From Candidatus Latescibacterota bacterium (GTDB lineage Bacteria > Latescibacterota > UBA2968): DNA of 64,000 nt. Numbering within the stretch: the first letter of the stretch is position 1; each line of letters starts with the position of its first letter. Shown here piece after piece: positions 8,823-19,947 of the stretch. The translations under genes and the position numbers were made by a program. The notes under the pieces are model-generated. The model worked only from the letters and a program-made list of their open reading frames with translations. It ran no database searches and was not told where the DNA came from. Where the stretch lies: NCBI GenBank assembly GCA_965198115.1, contig OZ240241.1, forward strand, positions 8,224,001 to 8,288,000. The letters run 5' to 3'.

Positions 8823-10226
8823 GTGCCCGTGCAGCCGGTCAACAAGAAAGCGGTTTTCAAGGCCATCCTGGCGATAGGCGATCTTGCTCTTGCCATTTTG
8901 GCCTTTGTCGTGGCCTACTGGCTGCGATTCCATCTGCCTTTTCTACCCGCGCCTCCCCCCGCCGATCTCGGGCTCTACCTGCGCTTCTCGCTGTTCATCG
9001 GATTCGTCGGCTTTGTGTCTCTCTACAGCACCGGACTGTATCGGCTCGACCAGCCGTTTTTCGGCGTCGATGACTTTTTCGCGATCATCAAAGCCTCGTC
9101 CCTCGCCCACCTGATCGCGGCCGCGGTGGGGTTTGCGATCCGCGGTCGTATCCCTGGAGATCCGGTCGAGACGTATTCGCGCATGGTTCTGGCCATGTCG
9201 TGGCTGCTCGCCATCGTGTTCCTGACGGTTTGGCGGATTGTTTTCGATGTGGTGATGATAGGTTTCCGCAAACGTGGGATTGGGCTCACGCGCGTTCTGA
9301 TCGTCGGCGGGGACGAATTTGGGCGTGCGTTTCACGAATTGCTCAGCGCCAATCCGGAACTCGGATACCGCTCGGCGGGTTTTGTGGAGGACGATCATTT
9401 CGATGCCCTGGACGAACGGCTTCGCCGCGATCCGGTCGACGAGGTGATGATGGCCACGCGGCAAGCCGATGCGGAAACGGTCATGTCGGTCATGTCGGTG
9501 TGCCAGTCGCTGGCCATCCGGTTCAGCATGGTGCCGACGCTGTTCAACGTGATGACGAGCCGCGTCCAGGTTCGCGAGATTGCCGGGGTTCCGATCTTTG
9601 CCCTGGACGAGCGGATTTTCCTCCGATCGAGCCGGCTTCTCAAGCGGGCGATCGACCTGACGCTCGGCACGGTCGCCCTCGTGCTGGCTTCCCCCGTCTT
9701 CGGGCTCGCGGCCGCACTGATCCGAGTCGAATCGAAGGGACCCACGCTGATCAGACAGACGAGGGTCGGAAAGGGCGCGCGCCCGTTCACCGTCTACAAG
9801 TTTCGATCCATGCGTCAGGATGCTGACGCGCTGAAGGACGACCTTCGCCATCTCAACGAATCCCAGGGCCCTCTGTTCAAGATCAAGAACGACCCCCGGA
9901 TCACGCGGGTTGGCCGCATTATCCGCAAGCTCAGCATCGACGAGCTGCCCCAGCTGGTGAATGTGCTGCGCGGGGAGATGAGCCTGGTCGGCCCGCGTCC
10001 TCCGTTGCCCGACGAAGTCGACCAATACGAGAGCTGGCAGCGAAAGCGGTTCGAGGTGCTGCCGGGGTTGACGGGTCTTGCGCAGATCAGCGGTCGTAGC
10101 GACCTGTCTTTTGACGAGACGCTGCGATTCGACTTTTACTACATCGAGAACTGGTCCCCGCTGGTGGACATCAAGATCATGCTTAAATCGGTTCCCAAAG
10201 TTATTCTGGGCCGCGGTGCCTATTGA
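8823..10226 (+). CDS. Polyprenyl-phosphate glycosylphosphotransferase (WcaJ/WbaP-type priming sugar transferase)
   Basis: 4 N-terminal TMs, [54 protein letters not shown]. Confidence 0.93.
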   Translation: MPVQPVNKKAVFKAILAIGDLALAILAFVVAYWLRFHLPFLPAPPPADLGLYLRFSLFIGFVGFVSLYSTGLYRLDQPFFGVDDFFAIIKASSLAHLIAAAVGFAIRGRIPGDPVETYSRMVLAMSWLLAIVFLTVWRIVFDVVMIGFRKRGIGLTRVLIVGGDEFGRAFHELLSANPELGYRSAGFVEDDHFDALDERLRRDPVDEVMMATRQADAETVMSVMSVCQSLAIRFSMVPTLFNVMTSRVQVREIAGVPIFALDERIFLRSSRLLKRAIDLTLGTVALVLASPVFGLAAALIRVESKGPTLIRQTRVGKGARPFTVYKFRSMRQDADALKDDLRHLNESQGPLFKIKNDPRITRVGRIIRKLSIDELPQLVNVLRGEMSLVGPRPPLPDEVDQYESWQRKRFEVLPGLTGLAQISGRSDLSFDETLRFDFYYIENWSPLVDIKIMLKSVPKVILGRGAY

Positions 10227-12504
10227 CCGCTCCGGCCTCTCCGCAAGGCGCTTCCCGCGCGACGATCCGACGTTGCCTCCAGGCGACACTGCTGTTTCTA
10301 CCGCTCGTTCTTCTGCCCGACGGGTTTCAGTTCGCTCACTACCCTAAAATTCTCGTTCTGCAAATCAGCCTCGTGATCCTCGTCGCTCTGACTTTGGGGC
10401 AGGGGCCATCACGAACCTCTACGGGGATCCTGCTTCTCCTTGCGTGGACGCTCGTTCAAACGTTCCGCAGTCTGAATCCGTGGAGCGCGTCCCTTCTTCT
10501 CGCGACGCAGGTCGGTGCGATGGGAGTCGGTCTCGTTGTTGCGAGTCGTACGAGGCCCGAGGACGATGATGGGTTACTTCGGGCGATGGTATGGGGTGGG
10601 GGACTGATGGCCCTCGTGGGGCTGCTGGAGTACGCCGGACTGGTCTGGTTGCCTTCGGCCGGGCGGCCGAGCGCGACGATGGGGTTCCGCAACGTCGCGG
10701 CAGCTTCGATTCCGGCGGCGTTCTGTCTGTCGACAAGGCGAAACAACGATCGCCTCGTCGGGATCGTCGCGCTGGGGGTGACAGCCCTCTTCGTCGTCTA
10801 CGCTCGATCTCGTGGTGCCTACCTGGCCGTGGGCGTGGCCGCGCTCTATGGCGGTGTCGTGGGTCTTCGCTCGGGCTTCCCTCGCGTTTCGCGGCTGGCG
10901 TCTCCGCTCGTTGTGCTGATTTTCGTGGCCGTCCTATCCGGTGTGTCGCCCCGCTACGACGATCCATCGGCCACCTGTATTGACGAGAAAAATCGACCGT
11001 CGTGCGCACTGTTCGGTCCTTTGTCGAAGAGGGGGGCGATCGCAATCGATGGAAGATCTGGGGGCATACGTGGTCTCTGATCCGAGATAACCCGGTGCTC
11101 GGCGTGGGAAGCGGCAACTGGAGCACCTTTTACCCGAGCTACGATCGTGGAGACGTGATGCACATCCAGTCGGCGCCCCGACGTCCTCACAACGATGTGC
11201 TGTGGGTTTGGGCGGAGTTGGGAATCGTAGGTCTCGGACTGTATCTGTGGGTGCTTTACAGTGCGCTCCGTGGTAGACCACATCACGGGAGCTGGCTCGT
11301 GTTCCGGTGTGTGGTGCTCGTGATTTTCGTGCACGGGCTTTTCAGCTTTCCACGCGAGCAGGCCGCACCGGCACTCCTGTTCTGGGTTGCGATTGGAGCG
11401 CTCCACCGTGGGCGAGGTCGCTCCTGGCCGATCCCGTGGACCCGAGCCCTTTACGCCGGGCTGGTCGTTCTGGGACTGGCCGGGGGATGGGTATCGGTGC
11501 GGGCGATTCTGTTCGACAGAGAGTACGCAGCCGCGCTGGCCGCCCAGGGGGCCGGCGACACGACAGAACAGATCGGACACGCTGGGGGAGCCATCGGGTG
11601 GGGGGCGTTCGATCATCGGGTCTTCATCACACTGGGAGACGGTCTGTTCGAGCAGACGGACTATGAAGGATCGAGCGAGGTCTACAGCCGATACACTGAA
11701 GTGGAACCGTATTTGCCGGCGGCGTTGAACAATCTGGGGCAGAGTCTCATCGCTCAAAACGACTACCTTGGTGCGGAGCCCTATCTCCGTCGGGGGCTGC
11801 AGATCCTCTCTGATGACGGATATTTGAGGAACAACCTGGCCGAGGCGCTGCGTCGACAGGAGCGCCCTACAGAGGCCCTCGCGCTGTTCGACGATGTGGC
11901 CTCGTTATCGGCGACCGACCACCACAGCCTCGGTGTGCTCAAAGCAGAGATGGACAACCTGACCGAGGCCGAATACCACTACGAGACCGCCCTGCAGCTG
12001 GACGCGAACCTGCACGAGGTGATCTACAGCCTCGCCGGGATCGGCCTGCTGGAGGGACGGCTGGATCAGGCCGCGAGGGGCTACGAACGGTTCCTGTCGG
12101 TCTGGACCGGACAATCGGCCTACGTGCGAAGGGCAAAGAACCGATTGAGACAGATCTACCCCGAACTCGCCCGGAGGTATGTGGTTGAGGCGAGGATGGT
12201 AGAGGCAGTTGACACGTACGGTCGGCTGGTCGATCTGGGTGGCGTCGATGCCGAGACGTTGCACGCGTATGCGACGGTCCTGGCGCGTTTGGGTCGTGTC
12301 GAACAGGCGATTGCGGTCGGCAGGCACGTCGTGGAGACGGACGGGTCATTCGTACCCGTCTACCTGACGTTGGGACAGTTGTATGAGGCGGCAGGGAATC
12401 CCGGGGCCGCGTACCAGCACTACACGATCTTCCTGAATCGGTGGGAAGAACCGGGTCCCCAACGGGCCGTAGCGGAAGAAAGACGCCAGGCTCTGAAGCA
12501 GTGA
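10223..12504 (+). CDS. O-antigen ligase-like + TPR protein (paralog 2), frameshifted at ~10990
   Basis: ORFs 10223..11080 (PSATMGFRN, RSRGAYL) and 11002..12504 (GVGSGNW, RPHNDVLW, TPRs); one extra A in the A5 run 10988-10992 restores DEKKSTVVRTV. Confidence 0.8.
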
Positions 12505-13773
12505 CTATCGTTCGGCGGACGCCGATCCGAAGATGCGCTCGCACACGTCCGACACTCGGTCGCGATAGCCCTCCGGGGCGAACACATAGAGCTTCCAGAG
12601 TCGTTCGTACTGGTCTTCGACGACCTTGACGTCGATCGGGGGGCTGTCGAGCGGTTCGTTCAGACGTTTGAGGCCCTGCTTCGAGGTCACCCAGACGCGG
12701 GCCTCCTTGATCGCTGAGATGTCGGGGCAAGAGAGGATGACCTGATCCGATTCGAGGACGACGGCATCGGCGATCTCGGCTTCGACGTGCTGTCGCGCTT
12801 CGATCGACCGGTTGTAGGTCGCGATGAGATCGTCTCGACTCCGCCGGCCAACCTGGGCGGTGGTCAGGCTGTAAGCCCTTTTCAGCAATCGCCTGCTGGC
12901 GACGGCTCCGATCAGCCGGCGGATGCGTCCGTCGCCGTGGGTTTGGAGACGCGCGAATAGTCCCTCATCGGTGAGCGGGTAAAGGTCCTGTTCGGTCAAC
13001 CCTGCGAGTGAGGCGAGTTCGACAGCTTTCGCGATCATGGCGCCCGAAATGACCTTGGCGTGGTGGTAGTAGATGCGCTCCGTCAAAAAGTATCGGAGCC
13101 TGAGAAGGTGCAGGATTTCGGTTCGGGTGCTCATCTTCTGCGTGTCGACAGCCAACTGCCCATCTTGAACGACGAAGGTCGACAGGATCCGGTCGTCGTA
13201 ATCCTGCCGAAGCCCCGCGAAGTAGGCGTCTCTCCGCAAGTAGTCCAATAGATCGGCGTCGATCGTGCTGGCGATGATGTGACGTTTCCACGGGTGACCG
13301 CCACCATCGGTTGTGAGCATCGAGCGCACGTCGTCGGCGTGTCCCGAGGCCTCCAGCGCGTCGCTCAAGTCACCCTGGGTCAGGAACAGACCGAGTCGTT
13401 CCGCCGTGTCGTGCCTGGGGAAGAGCTTACGCTCGTCCTCGAATGTGTGGCCGTACGGAAGATGCGAGATGTCGTGGACGAGCGCGGCCAATGCGATGGC
13501 GTCCTCGTCGTCCGCGCTGACGTCGAACCCGTTCGATCGAACGGCCGCCACGATTTTTCGAGCCATAGCGGCCGTGCCGAGGGAGTGCTCGAACCGTGTG
13601 TGGAGCGCGCCGGGGTAGACGAGGTAGGCCGTTCCCGTCTGCCGAATTCCACGCAGTCGTTGAAACTGCGGCGTGTCCATCACGCGACGTTCGGCCTCGG
13701 TGAAAGCGATGTCTCCGTGCACGGCGTCTCGCACGATCACGTCGCAGTCTCCGGAAGGGGGGTAAATTGACAC
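12505..13773 (-). CDS. HD-domain phosphohydrolase (SAMHD1/dNTPase-like)
   Basis: RDAVHG.I, FQRLRGIRQ.G...VYPGA.HTRFEHSLG, HDISH.P.GH.FE, DAD.LDYLRRD, YYH. Confidence 0.9.
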   Translation of the reverse strand: MSIYPPSGDCDVIVRDAVHGDIAFTEAERRVMDTPQFQRLRGIRQTGTAYLVYPGALHTRFEHSLGTAAMARKIVAAVRSNGFDVSADDEDAIALAALVHDISHLPYGHTFEDERKLFPRHDTAERLGLFLTQGDLSDALEASGHADDVRSMLTTDGGGHPWKRHIIASTIDADLLDYLRRDAYFAGLRQDYDDRILSTFVVQDGQLAVDTQKMSTRTEILHLLRLRYFLTERIYYHHAKVISGAMIAKAVELASLAGLTEQDLYPLTDEGLFARLQTHGDGRIRRLIGAVASRRLLKRAYSLTTAQVGRRSRDDLIATYNRSIEARQHVEAEIADAVVLESDQVILSCPDISAIKEARVWVTSKQGLKRLNEPLDSPPIDVKVVEDQYERLWKLYVFAPEGYRDRVSDVCERIFGSASAER

Positions 13774-13858
13774 CTATGGAGGCGAACCGTATCTTGCGGC
13801 GGCCTGCGGGCAGGAGAGCCCGACCGGTGGGGTGATTCTGGACAGGAGGGACTGATCG

Positions 13859-15027
13859 ATGGGTGACGCATTTACGCCGCAGAAGAGAGACAGGTTCTCA
13901 TTCGGGTTGTGGACGGTGGGCAACGTGGGCGGGATCCCTTCGGGGATCCGGTGCGGAAACCCATCCCGCCGCGGCGAATCGTGGAACAGTTGAGCCGCCT
14001 CGGGGCGTGGGGCATCAACCTTCACGATAACGATCTCGTTCCGATCGATGCGACGGCCACGCAAAGAGACAAGATCGTGAAGGGTTTCAAAAAAGCTCTC
14101 AAAGACTACGACATGGTCGTTCCGATGGCAACCACGAACACCTTTTCCCACCCTGTGTTCAAGGACGGCGGATTCACGTCGAACGATCCCAAAGTCCGAG
14201 CCTACGGTCTCCAGAAGATCATGCGGTCGATCGATCTCGGCGTCGAACTGGGTGCCACGACGTATGTGTTCTGGGGGGGGCGCGAAGGATCCGAGTGCAA
14301 CGTTTCGAAGGATCCGGTGGAGGCGGTGAAGAGGTATCGAGAAGGGATCAACTACCTGTGTCGCTACGTGCGCGACCGAAAGTATAAACTACGGTTCGCC
14401 ATGGAGGCGAAACCGAACGAGCCGCGGGCCGATCTGTATTTTCCGACGACCGGGCACTACCTGGCTCTGATCGAAACGCTGGATTACCCTGCGATGGTCG
14501 GTGTCAACCCCGAGGTGGCGCACGAGTCGATGGCCGGTCTGAATTTCCACCACAGTGTGGCGCAAGCTCTGGACGCGGGCAAGCTCTTTCACATCGATCT
14601 GAACGATCAACGATTCGGCCGATACGACCAGGACTTCAGGTTCGGGTCCGAGGACTACAAAAACGCCTTTCTACTCGTTCGGCTCCTCGAAGAGAACCGA
14701 TACAGAGGTCCGAGGCACTTTGACGCCCACGCTTACCGAACGGAAGACGAAAAGGGGGTCTGGGACTTCGCGACGGGGTGCATGCGGACGTATAATATAA
14801 TGAGGGCGAAGGCGAGACGATTCAGGCAGGACGAGGAGATTCAGGGCATTCTGTCGGAGATTTCGAGCCAGAATCCCGAATTCGAAAAGCATCTGGGTGC
14901 CTATAGTCGAAAAAAGGCACAGACCCTCAAACGGGTCAGGTTCAACATCGACGCCATGGGGCGAATCGGGGCCCGATACGAGCAGCTGGATCAGCTTCTC
15001 GCCGAGCTGCTTTTGGGCGTCCGGTAG
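13859..15027 (+). CDS. xylA: Xylose isomerase (class I type), frameshift at ~13930
   Basis: FSFGLWTVGNVG|RDPFG, HDNDL, FKDGGFTSND, VFWGGREG, EAKPNEPR, NPEVAHE, LFHIDLNDQ, YDQD, HFDAH. Confidence 0.9.
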
Positions 15028-15080
15028 GGCGTTTTTTGGCATAAGACTTGCACCATTGAGGGGTGGCGGTCCCTCAGAAG

Positions 15081-15109
15081 TTGACACGAGGCTTCTTTAG
15101 GGATAGAGT
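15081..15109 (+). promoter_or_regulatory. sigma70-type promoter upstream of fliM
   Basis: TTGACA (15081-86), 17 nt, TAGAGT (15104-09). Confidence 0.65.
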
Positions 15110-15129
15110 TACGTGAACTTCACGTAACT
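15107..15129. promoter_or_regulatory. Perfect 11-bp inverted repeat, putative operator
   Basis: AGTTACGTGAA-C-TTCACGTAACT overlapping the -10 box and likely start site. Confidence 0.6.
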
Positions 15130-15201
15130 ATCAGTATTGTATTGACTTATATAGCTGCGTCGAATACGAGGCGCACGGTCCGTTGACACGGGAGATGCAC
15201 G

Positions 15202-16257
15202 ATGCCGGATATTCTTTCCCAGGACGAAATCGACGCTCTGCTGTCTGCGACGGGTAGCGAAGACGGCGATGGGGCTGCTGCCAGCCCCGGTCCGAGTGAC
15301 TCGCGTGGTGCTGCGGGCGCCAAATCGTCCAATCATCACCTACGACTTCAAGCACCCCTCACGTGTGTCGAAGGACCAGACGCGCACCCTTGAGAACCTG
15401 CATTCAAACCTTGCCAGAATGATGGCCTCGTCGTTCTCGACCATGCAGCGGTCGGTTGTGGACTGCGATATCGCGTTCGTCGACCAGACGACCTACGCCG
15501 AGTTCATCATGTCGTTGTCGAATCCGTCGTGCTCCTACACCTTCACGATCGAGCCCCTGGGCGGCCCGGCCATTATCGATTTCTCGCTCCCGGTCGCCTA
15601 CTCGTTCATCGACCGCCAGTTCGGGGGGTCGGGGGGCAATCCTCCATCCGAAGCCCGTCCCTTGACGGCGATCGAGCGGACGGTCATGACCAAGGTCGTG
15701 ACGCGCACCCTGGCCGACCTGGAGGCGACGTGGGAAGCGCTGCTCAAGATTCAGGTGTCGGACGCCGAGCTCGAAACGAACCCCGAATTCATGCAGGTCG
15801 CCGCGCCGTCCGACACGGTCGTGTTGATCGCGTTCGAGGTGAACTCACAGCACGCCTCGGGTCTGGTGAATCTGTGTTACCCCTACTTTACACTCGAGCC
15901 CGTCATGGCTTATCTGAACGTCCAGACCTGGGCAAGCCGGGAGCGGGGCAAGCGCGAGAGTCAGCGCGAAGAGCGGCTCCTGCAGCTCGACCGTGTTGCA
16001 GCGCCCGTCAAGGTCGTGGTCGGACGGACGAGGTGAGTCTTGGCGAAGTTCTCAACCTTCAAGAAGGCGACGTTCTCCGGTTGGATACGACGTTGAACGA
16101 AGACGCGGTGGTCTACGTCGGAGACCGACCCAAGTATCTGGCGCGACCCGGGCTGATGGGCAAGCGACGGGCGATCCAGCTGACAGAACGGATCCTCAAG
16201 GCAGACGAACCGAAGTTTATGACCGAGATCGAAAAGACAACGACCGAGCAGCTGTGA
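15202..16257 (+). CDS. fliM: Flagellar motor switch protein FliM (two frameshifts, ~15300 and ~16030)
   Basis: MPDILSQDEIDALL CheY-binding peptide; YDFKHPSRVSKDQ.RTL; ETNPEFMQV; C-terminal SpoA part L.EVLNLQEGDVLRLD...ARPG. Confidence 0.85.
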
Positions 16258-16278
16258 GATCGGTCCATCGGAAGTCAT

Positions 16279-16309
16279 AAAAAGGCCGCCCTGAGGGGCG
16301 GCCTTTTTT
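16279..16309. terminator. Intrinsic terminator after fliM
   Basis: AAAAAGGCCGCCC-TGAG-GGGCGGCCTTTTTT. Confidence 0.85.
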
Positions 16310-16419
16310 CGTTGGTCTGTTGACTTGGCCCCCTCCTCCGACTATGTTCATATCCGTTTTGAGCCCTGGGCAACCGGGGCCTTATTTGTTAGACCACTGG
16401 CGCTGCTGCGGAGGAATTC

Positions 16420-17025
16420 ATGGACTTGCTGTATCGCACCGTCCTGCTGTTCGGCCCGCCTGGCTCAGGCAAGGGAACGTGGGGAAGCATCCTGGGCCAG
16501 CTCCCGGGATTTCTCCACTTCGCGAGCGGGGACATGTTCCGGTCGCTTGCCCCGGACAGCGAAATTGGAAAGATGGCACTCGAGTGTATTCGGAAGGGGG
16601 AACTGGTACCGGACGAACAGGCTATGGGGCTCTGGCGCGAGCAGATGCGAAACCTGGTTACGGTGGGTACGTTCAATCCCGAACGACACCTACTGGTGCT
16701 CGACGGGATCCCACGCACGCCTGCCCAGTCCGTGATGGTCGACGCTGATCTCGATGTTCGGCTGATCCTGTTCCTGGACTGTCCGGATCGCGACGTGCTG
16801 GTGCAGCGTCTGTATGGCCGTGCGCTGATCGAACATCGTGTCGACGATGCGCGTGAGGATATCATCCATCGTAGATTCAAAGTCTACGACGAACAAACGA
16901 ATGCCACCTTAAGCCACTACTCCGAACACATGATCGTCCGGATCGATGTGTCCCAACCTCCTCATAAGATTCTGTTGGATATGTGCCAGGCGATTTATGA
17001 CCGGTTCGGAGTCGAGGTGTCCTGA
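16420..17025 (+). CDS. adk: Adenylate kinase / nucleoside monophosphate kinase family
   Basis: GPPGSGKGT P-loop, SGDMFR, GELVPDE, LDGIPRT..Q, R.DD; upstream TTGACT-N17-TATGTT (16320-16348). Confidence 0.8.
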   Translation: MDLLYRTVLLFGPPGSGKGTWGSILGQLPGFLHFASGDMFRSLAPDSEIGKMALECIRKGELVPDEQAMGLWREQMRNLVTVGTFNPERHLLVLDGIPRTPAQSVMVDADLDVRLILFLDCPDRDVLVQRLYGRALIEHRVDDAREDIIHRRFKVYDEQTNATLSHYSEHMIVRIDVSQPPHKILLDMCQAIYDRFGVEVS

Positions 17026-17027
17026 AG

Positions 17028-17912
17028 GTGCCGCGGCGGTATCTTTTCATCGCCAATCCACACGCGGGTCCTAAAACAACGGAGATCGGGCCGCTCATCG
17101 GTCAGGTCCTCGGATCGTCACATCATTGGGATTTGGTCTACACAGCGGAACCGGGCGAAGCGACCGACGTGGCCGCGTCGGCCCGACAACACGGATACGA
17201 TCGGGTCGTGGCCGCGGGTGGCGACGGCACGGTGAATGCGGTGGCTCGCGGCCTCCTCGGGGCTCCCCTTCCCCTCGGCATCCTGCCTCTTGGGTCGGGT
17301 AACGCTCTGGCAAGGTCTCTGAGTATCCCCCTACGGCCTATGGCCGCGATAGGGTGTCTTCCCTCGGCTGCCTCGCGATCGATCGATGTCGGCCGTATAG
17401 GCGAAGACGCCTTCCTTTCTACCGCCGGAATCGGAATCGACGCAGAGGTCTGCCATCGCTTCAATCGAACGGGCGCACGGGCCCGAGGCCTCTGGCCCTA
17501 TGTCTTCAACAGTGTGAGGGCGATACTCCGCTACGAGCCGGAGGAAGTCGTGTTGATGTTTCCGGGTAAGCAGTGGCAGGAAGTTACGCCGTTCCTGTTG
17601 GTCATTGCCAACACCGCGCAGTACGGCTATGGCGTCACGATCGCTCCAGGCGCCTGTCCCGACGACGGAGTGCTGGATGTCTGCGTGATTCAGGATCTGA
17701 CCGTGATGCGGGCTCTTCTGCACGGGCGAAGACTGTTCGACGGGACGATCGACCAAATGCCAGGTGTAACGATCACGCGGACAAATCACCTGATCGTTCG
17801 GTGCGGAACCGATCGACGTATTCAGGTGGATGGGGAGTCGGGGACGGGAGAAGGTGAGATGGTGGTCGAAGTCTTGCCGCGAGCCCTGGAGGTCTTGCTG
17901 CCTGCGGCCTAG
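17028..17912 (+). CDS. Diacylglycerol/lipid kinase family (YegS/BmrU-like)
   Basis: IANPHAG, AAGGDGTVN, LGILPLGSGNALA, DDGVLDV, QVDGE. Confidence 0.9.
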   Translation: MPRRYLFIANPHAGPKTTEIGPLIGQVLGSSHHWDLVYTAEPGEATDVAASARQHGYDRVVAAGGDGTVNAVARGLLGAPLPLGILPLGSGNALARSLSIPLRPMAAIGCLPSAASRSIDVGRIGEDAFLSTAGIGIDAEVCHRFNRTGARARGLWPYVFNSVRAILRYEPEEVVLMFPGKQWQEVTPFLLVIANTAQYGYGVTIAPGACPDDGVLDVCVIQDLTVMRALLHGRRLFDGTIDQMPGVTITRTNHLIVRCGTDRRIQVDGESGTGEGEMVVEVLPRALEVLLPAA

Positions 17913-17938
17913 CGATCCGCAGCGCACGCTCTGCCGAG

Positions 17939-17971
17939 AACGGCTCCGCCCTTCGGATGGGCGGAGCCGTT
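17939..17971. terminator. Hairpin between convergent genes
   Basis: AACGGCTCCGCCC-N7-GGGCGGAGCCGTT. Confidence 0.7.
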
Positions 17972-17983
17972 CCTCCTTGCAGG

Positions 17984-18526
17984 TTAGAAGAAGAACTTGA
18001 GACCGGCGTAGACGCGATCGACGTCAGTCGTCACGTTGTCCGTGAAGATGAAGTCGTGCTTGTAGTTGATTCCGAGCCGCACCTTCTGCCCGAGCACAAT
18101 GTCCAGACTGGCTCCCGGGGCGAGACCAAAGTGGCTGTCACCACCCCTCTGATCGTAGATACCGGCTTGGAGGCCGAGGTTGTAGACGAACGGATGCCAC
18201 TCGTAGGAGAAGTTGGACCCGATTCCGTAGATGTTCGTGTCGCGATCGGTCAGGTGGGCATAGCTGGCCTGAATGCCGATCCAATCGTAGGCCTCGTAGC
18301 CCAGGTCGACTCCGTAGAGGAATCCGGTCTGGGTCTGGTTATCGGGGCCGAAGAAACCAGAACCGAATGCTCCGCCCAGGTAGATACGGCCGGTCGTGTA
18401 TCCGAAGGGATTGCCTCCCTTTCCGTGTTCGCTGCCCTCCGGCCCGTCTGTCCTGCCCGTTTCCTGCCCGGGGGCCCCCGTTGCCATCACGACGATGGCA
18501 GAGATGATCGTCAGTAGCTGTTTCAT
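17984..18526 (-). CDS. Small outer-membrane beta-barrel protein (OmpA-TM-like)
   Basis: Signal peptide, amphipathic strands, C-terminal YAGLKFFF (terminal Phe BAM signal). Confidence 0.8.
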   Translation of the reverse strand: MKQLLTIISAIVVMATGAPGQETGRTDGPEGSEHGKGGNPFGYTTGRIYLGGAFGSGFFGPDNQTQTGFLYGVDLGYEAYDWIGIQASYAHLTDRDTNIYGIGSNFSYEWHPFVYNLGLQAGIYDQRGGDSHFGLAPGASLDIVLGQKVRLGINYKHDFIFTDNVTTDVDRVYAGLKFFF

Positions 18527-18539
18527 CGTCGGTTCCTCC

Positions 18540-19151
18540 TCAGATACCGATGCTTCGTTTCTTGTAGGCCTTCCGAATCTCTTTCTCGTCCGTCCAGACG
18601 ATTTCCGAAGATCCGAGGTCGGTGAGCTGGAACGTGGCCTTGTAGTAGACGAGTTTCTCCTTGCCGATCTCCTGGACGTTCGACGAAAGCGTTCCCGTCA
18701 GGACGAGACCCGCGGCCGTCTGTGACCCGGGTGCGTGGGCCTGAGCAGGGTCGACGTATCCGGAATTCTGGTACTCATACTCCCTGGCGATCGCTCGTCG
18801 GTTCTGTACGTCGACGAACCGGAACCGTCCGGATTGGATGAGCGAGGTGCGGATTTTGTCACTCAACGCGTTCATGTCGATGTGTTCGGTCGTACGGTTC
18901 CGCATCTTTCCGACCATCAGGGCAGGTGTGGCCTGACCCTCAATCGTCGGAGAGGCGACGAGTGAGTTCACCATTTTCTTTGCGATCAGCTGCATGTCGT
19001 TCTCGTTGAACCGATCGTCGAGCAGCGCGATTGTCTGCGGGTCTTCGTAGGTGCCTTTGGTGAAGGCGCGGGGTCCCGCACAGCTGGCGATCGTCAACGA
19101 TGCGAGGATGATGATAACGTGGCGCACGGTGTCCTCCTTCCTCAGTTCCAT
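18540..19151 (-). CDS. lpoB: Penicillin-binding protein activator LpoB family lipoprotein
   Basis: Lipobox IAS-C; NENDMQLIA..MV.SL; NRTTEHID; L..SGRFRFV; IVWTDEKEIRK. Confidence 0.8.
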   Translation of the reverse strand: MELRKEDTVRHVIIILASLTIASCAGPRAFTKGTYEDPQTIALLDDRFNENDMQLIAKKMVNSLVASPTIEGQATPALMVGKMRNRTTEHIDMNALSDKIRTSLIQSGRFRFVDVQNRRAIAREYEYQNSGYVDPAQAHAPGSQTAAGLVLTGTLSSNVQEIGKEKLVYYKATFQLTDLGSSEIVWTDEKEIRKAYKKRSIGI

Positions 19152-19933
19152 TCACATTCGAGTCGGGTTGAAATCAGGTGCCATTGATCGGGCAGGACGA
19201 GGTCTCGCTTGAGTCGGGCGTCGAGCCGGCATACCTGAAAGAGGGAGCTTGCGGGATAATCAATGTCGTGATAGCGGATCGCATCGCGTTCCACATCGGG
19301 GACATCCGACAGCCGCTGGATGTCGGGGCGTGCCGAGACGAGTACGGCCAACTTTCTTGTACCCGGCTGCTTCAGAGGCATGCGGCTCGTGAATCGCACG
19401 GTCCGCACTGTTTTGGGTAGGAGCAGATCCGTATGGTCCGCACGGGTTTCGTCTGCCCAGCGACCACGAAGGACCGAGGACAGGTCCGCCGTCAGGATCC
19501 GTTCGGTGTCTCCGTCGGGAAGGATGGCGTAGAGGTATCGGTGTCGGCCCGCCTCGGAGCCATCGCCCTCGAAGATGAGAGAAACGGTCACGTCGATCGA
19601 TCGGTTTGGTGGCAGTCCGTGGCGCGAGACGGCGGCGATCACGGGGTGTTCTATCCCGAGACTACGTAGTCGAATCAGACCTGCCGCCGATACATCGCCC
19701 GCGTAGCGTCTTTCGGTGACCAGATTCACGAGTTGATCGGCGGTGAATCCCCCATTCTTGAGCGACAGGATTTCGGCTTCGCTCAGGGGCAGCTGATCCG
19801 ATCGCTCGTAGACAGGCGGGAGCTGAGCTCCGTCCCATTCGACGATGTTGATGACCGCCCCGCCGGTCGGGAGATCGGCGGCGTCTGAGCGAGCCGCCAG
19901 CCCGACCACGAGGATGAAGAAAAGGGTTCTCAT
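19142..19933 (-). CDS. Hypothetical secreted protein
   Basis: Signal peptide MRTLFFILVVGLAARSDA; operon-tight spacing on both sides. Confidence 0.65.
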   Translation of the reverse strand: MRTLFFILVVGLAARSDAADLPTGGAVINIVEWDGAQLPPVYERSDQLPLSEAEILSLKNGGFTADQLVNLVTERRYAGDVSAAGLIRLRSLGIEHPVIAAVSRHGLPPNRSIDVTVSLIFEGDGSEAGRHRYLYAILPDGDTERILTADLSSVLRGRWADETRADHTDLLLPKTVRTVRFTSRMPLKQPGTRKLAVLVSARPDIQRLSDVPDVERDAIRYHDIDYPASSLFQVCRLDARLKRDLVLPDQWHLISTRLECEWN

Positions 19934-19947
19934 CGTGTGTGCCTCCA

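Noticed and set aside
8943-10289. Long antisense/shadow ORFs (e.g. 8943..10289, 21799..22803, 23485..24576, 37446..38633, 61725..62876)
   Set aside because: They lie opposite well-supported genes, lack motifs, and are expected in high-GC DNA.
12505-13773. HD dNTPase as an anti-phage defence gene
   Set aside because: Context is housekeeping (divergent from xylA) with no defence neighbours; family is widespread.
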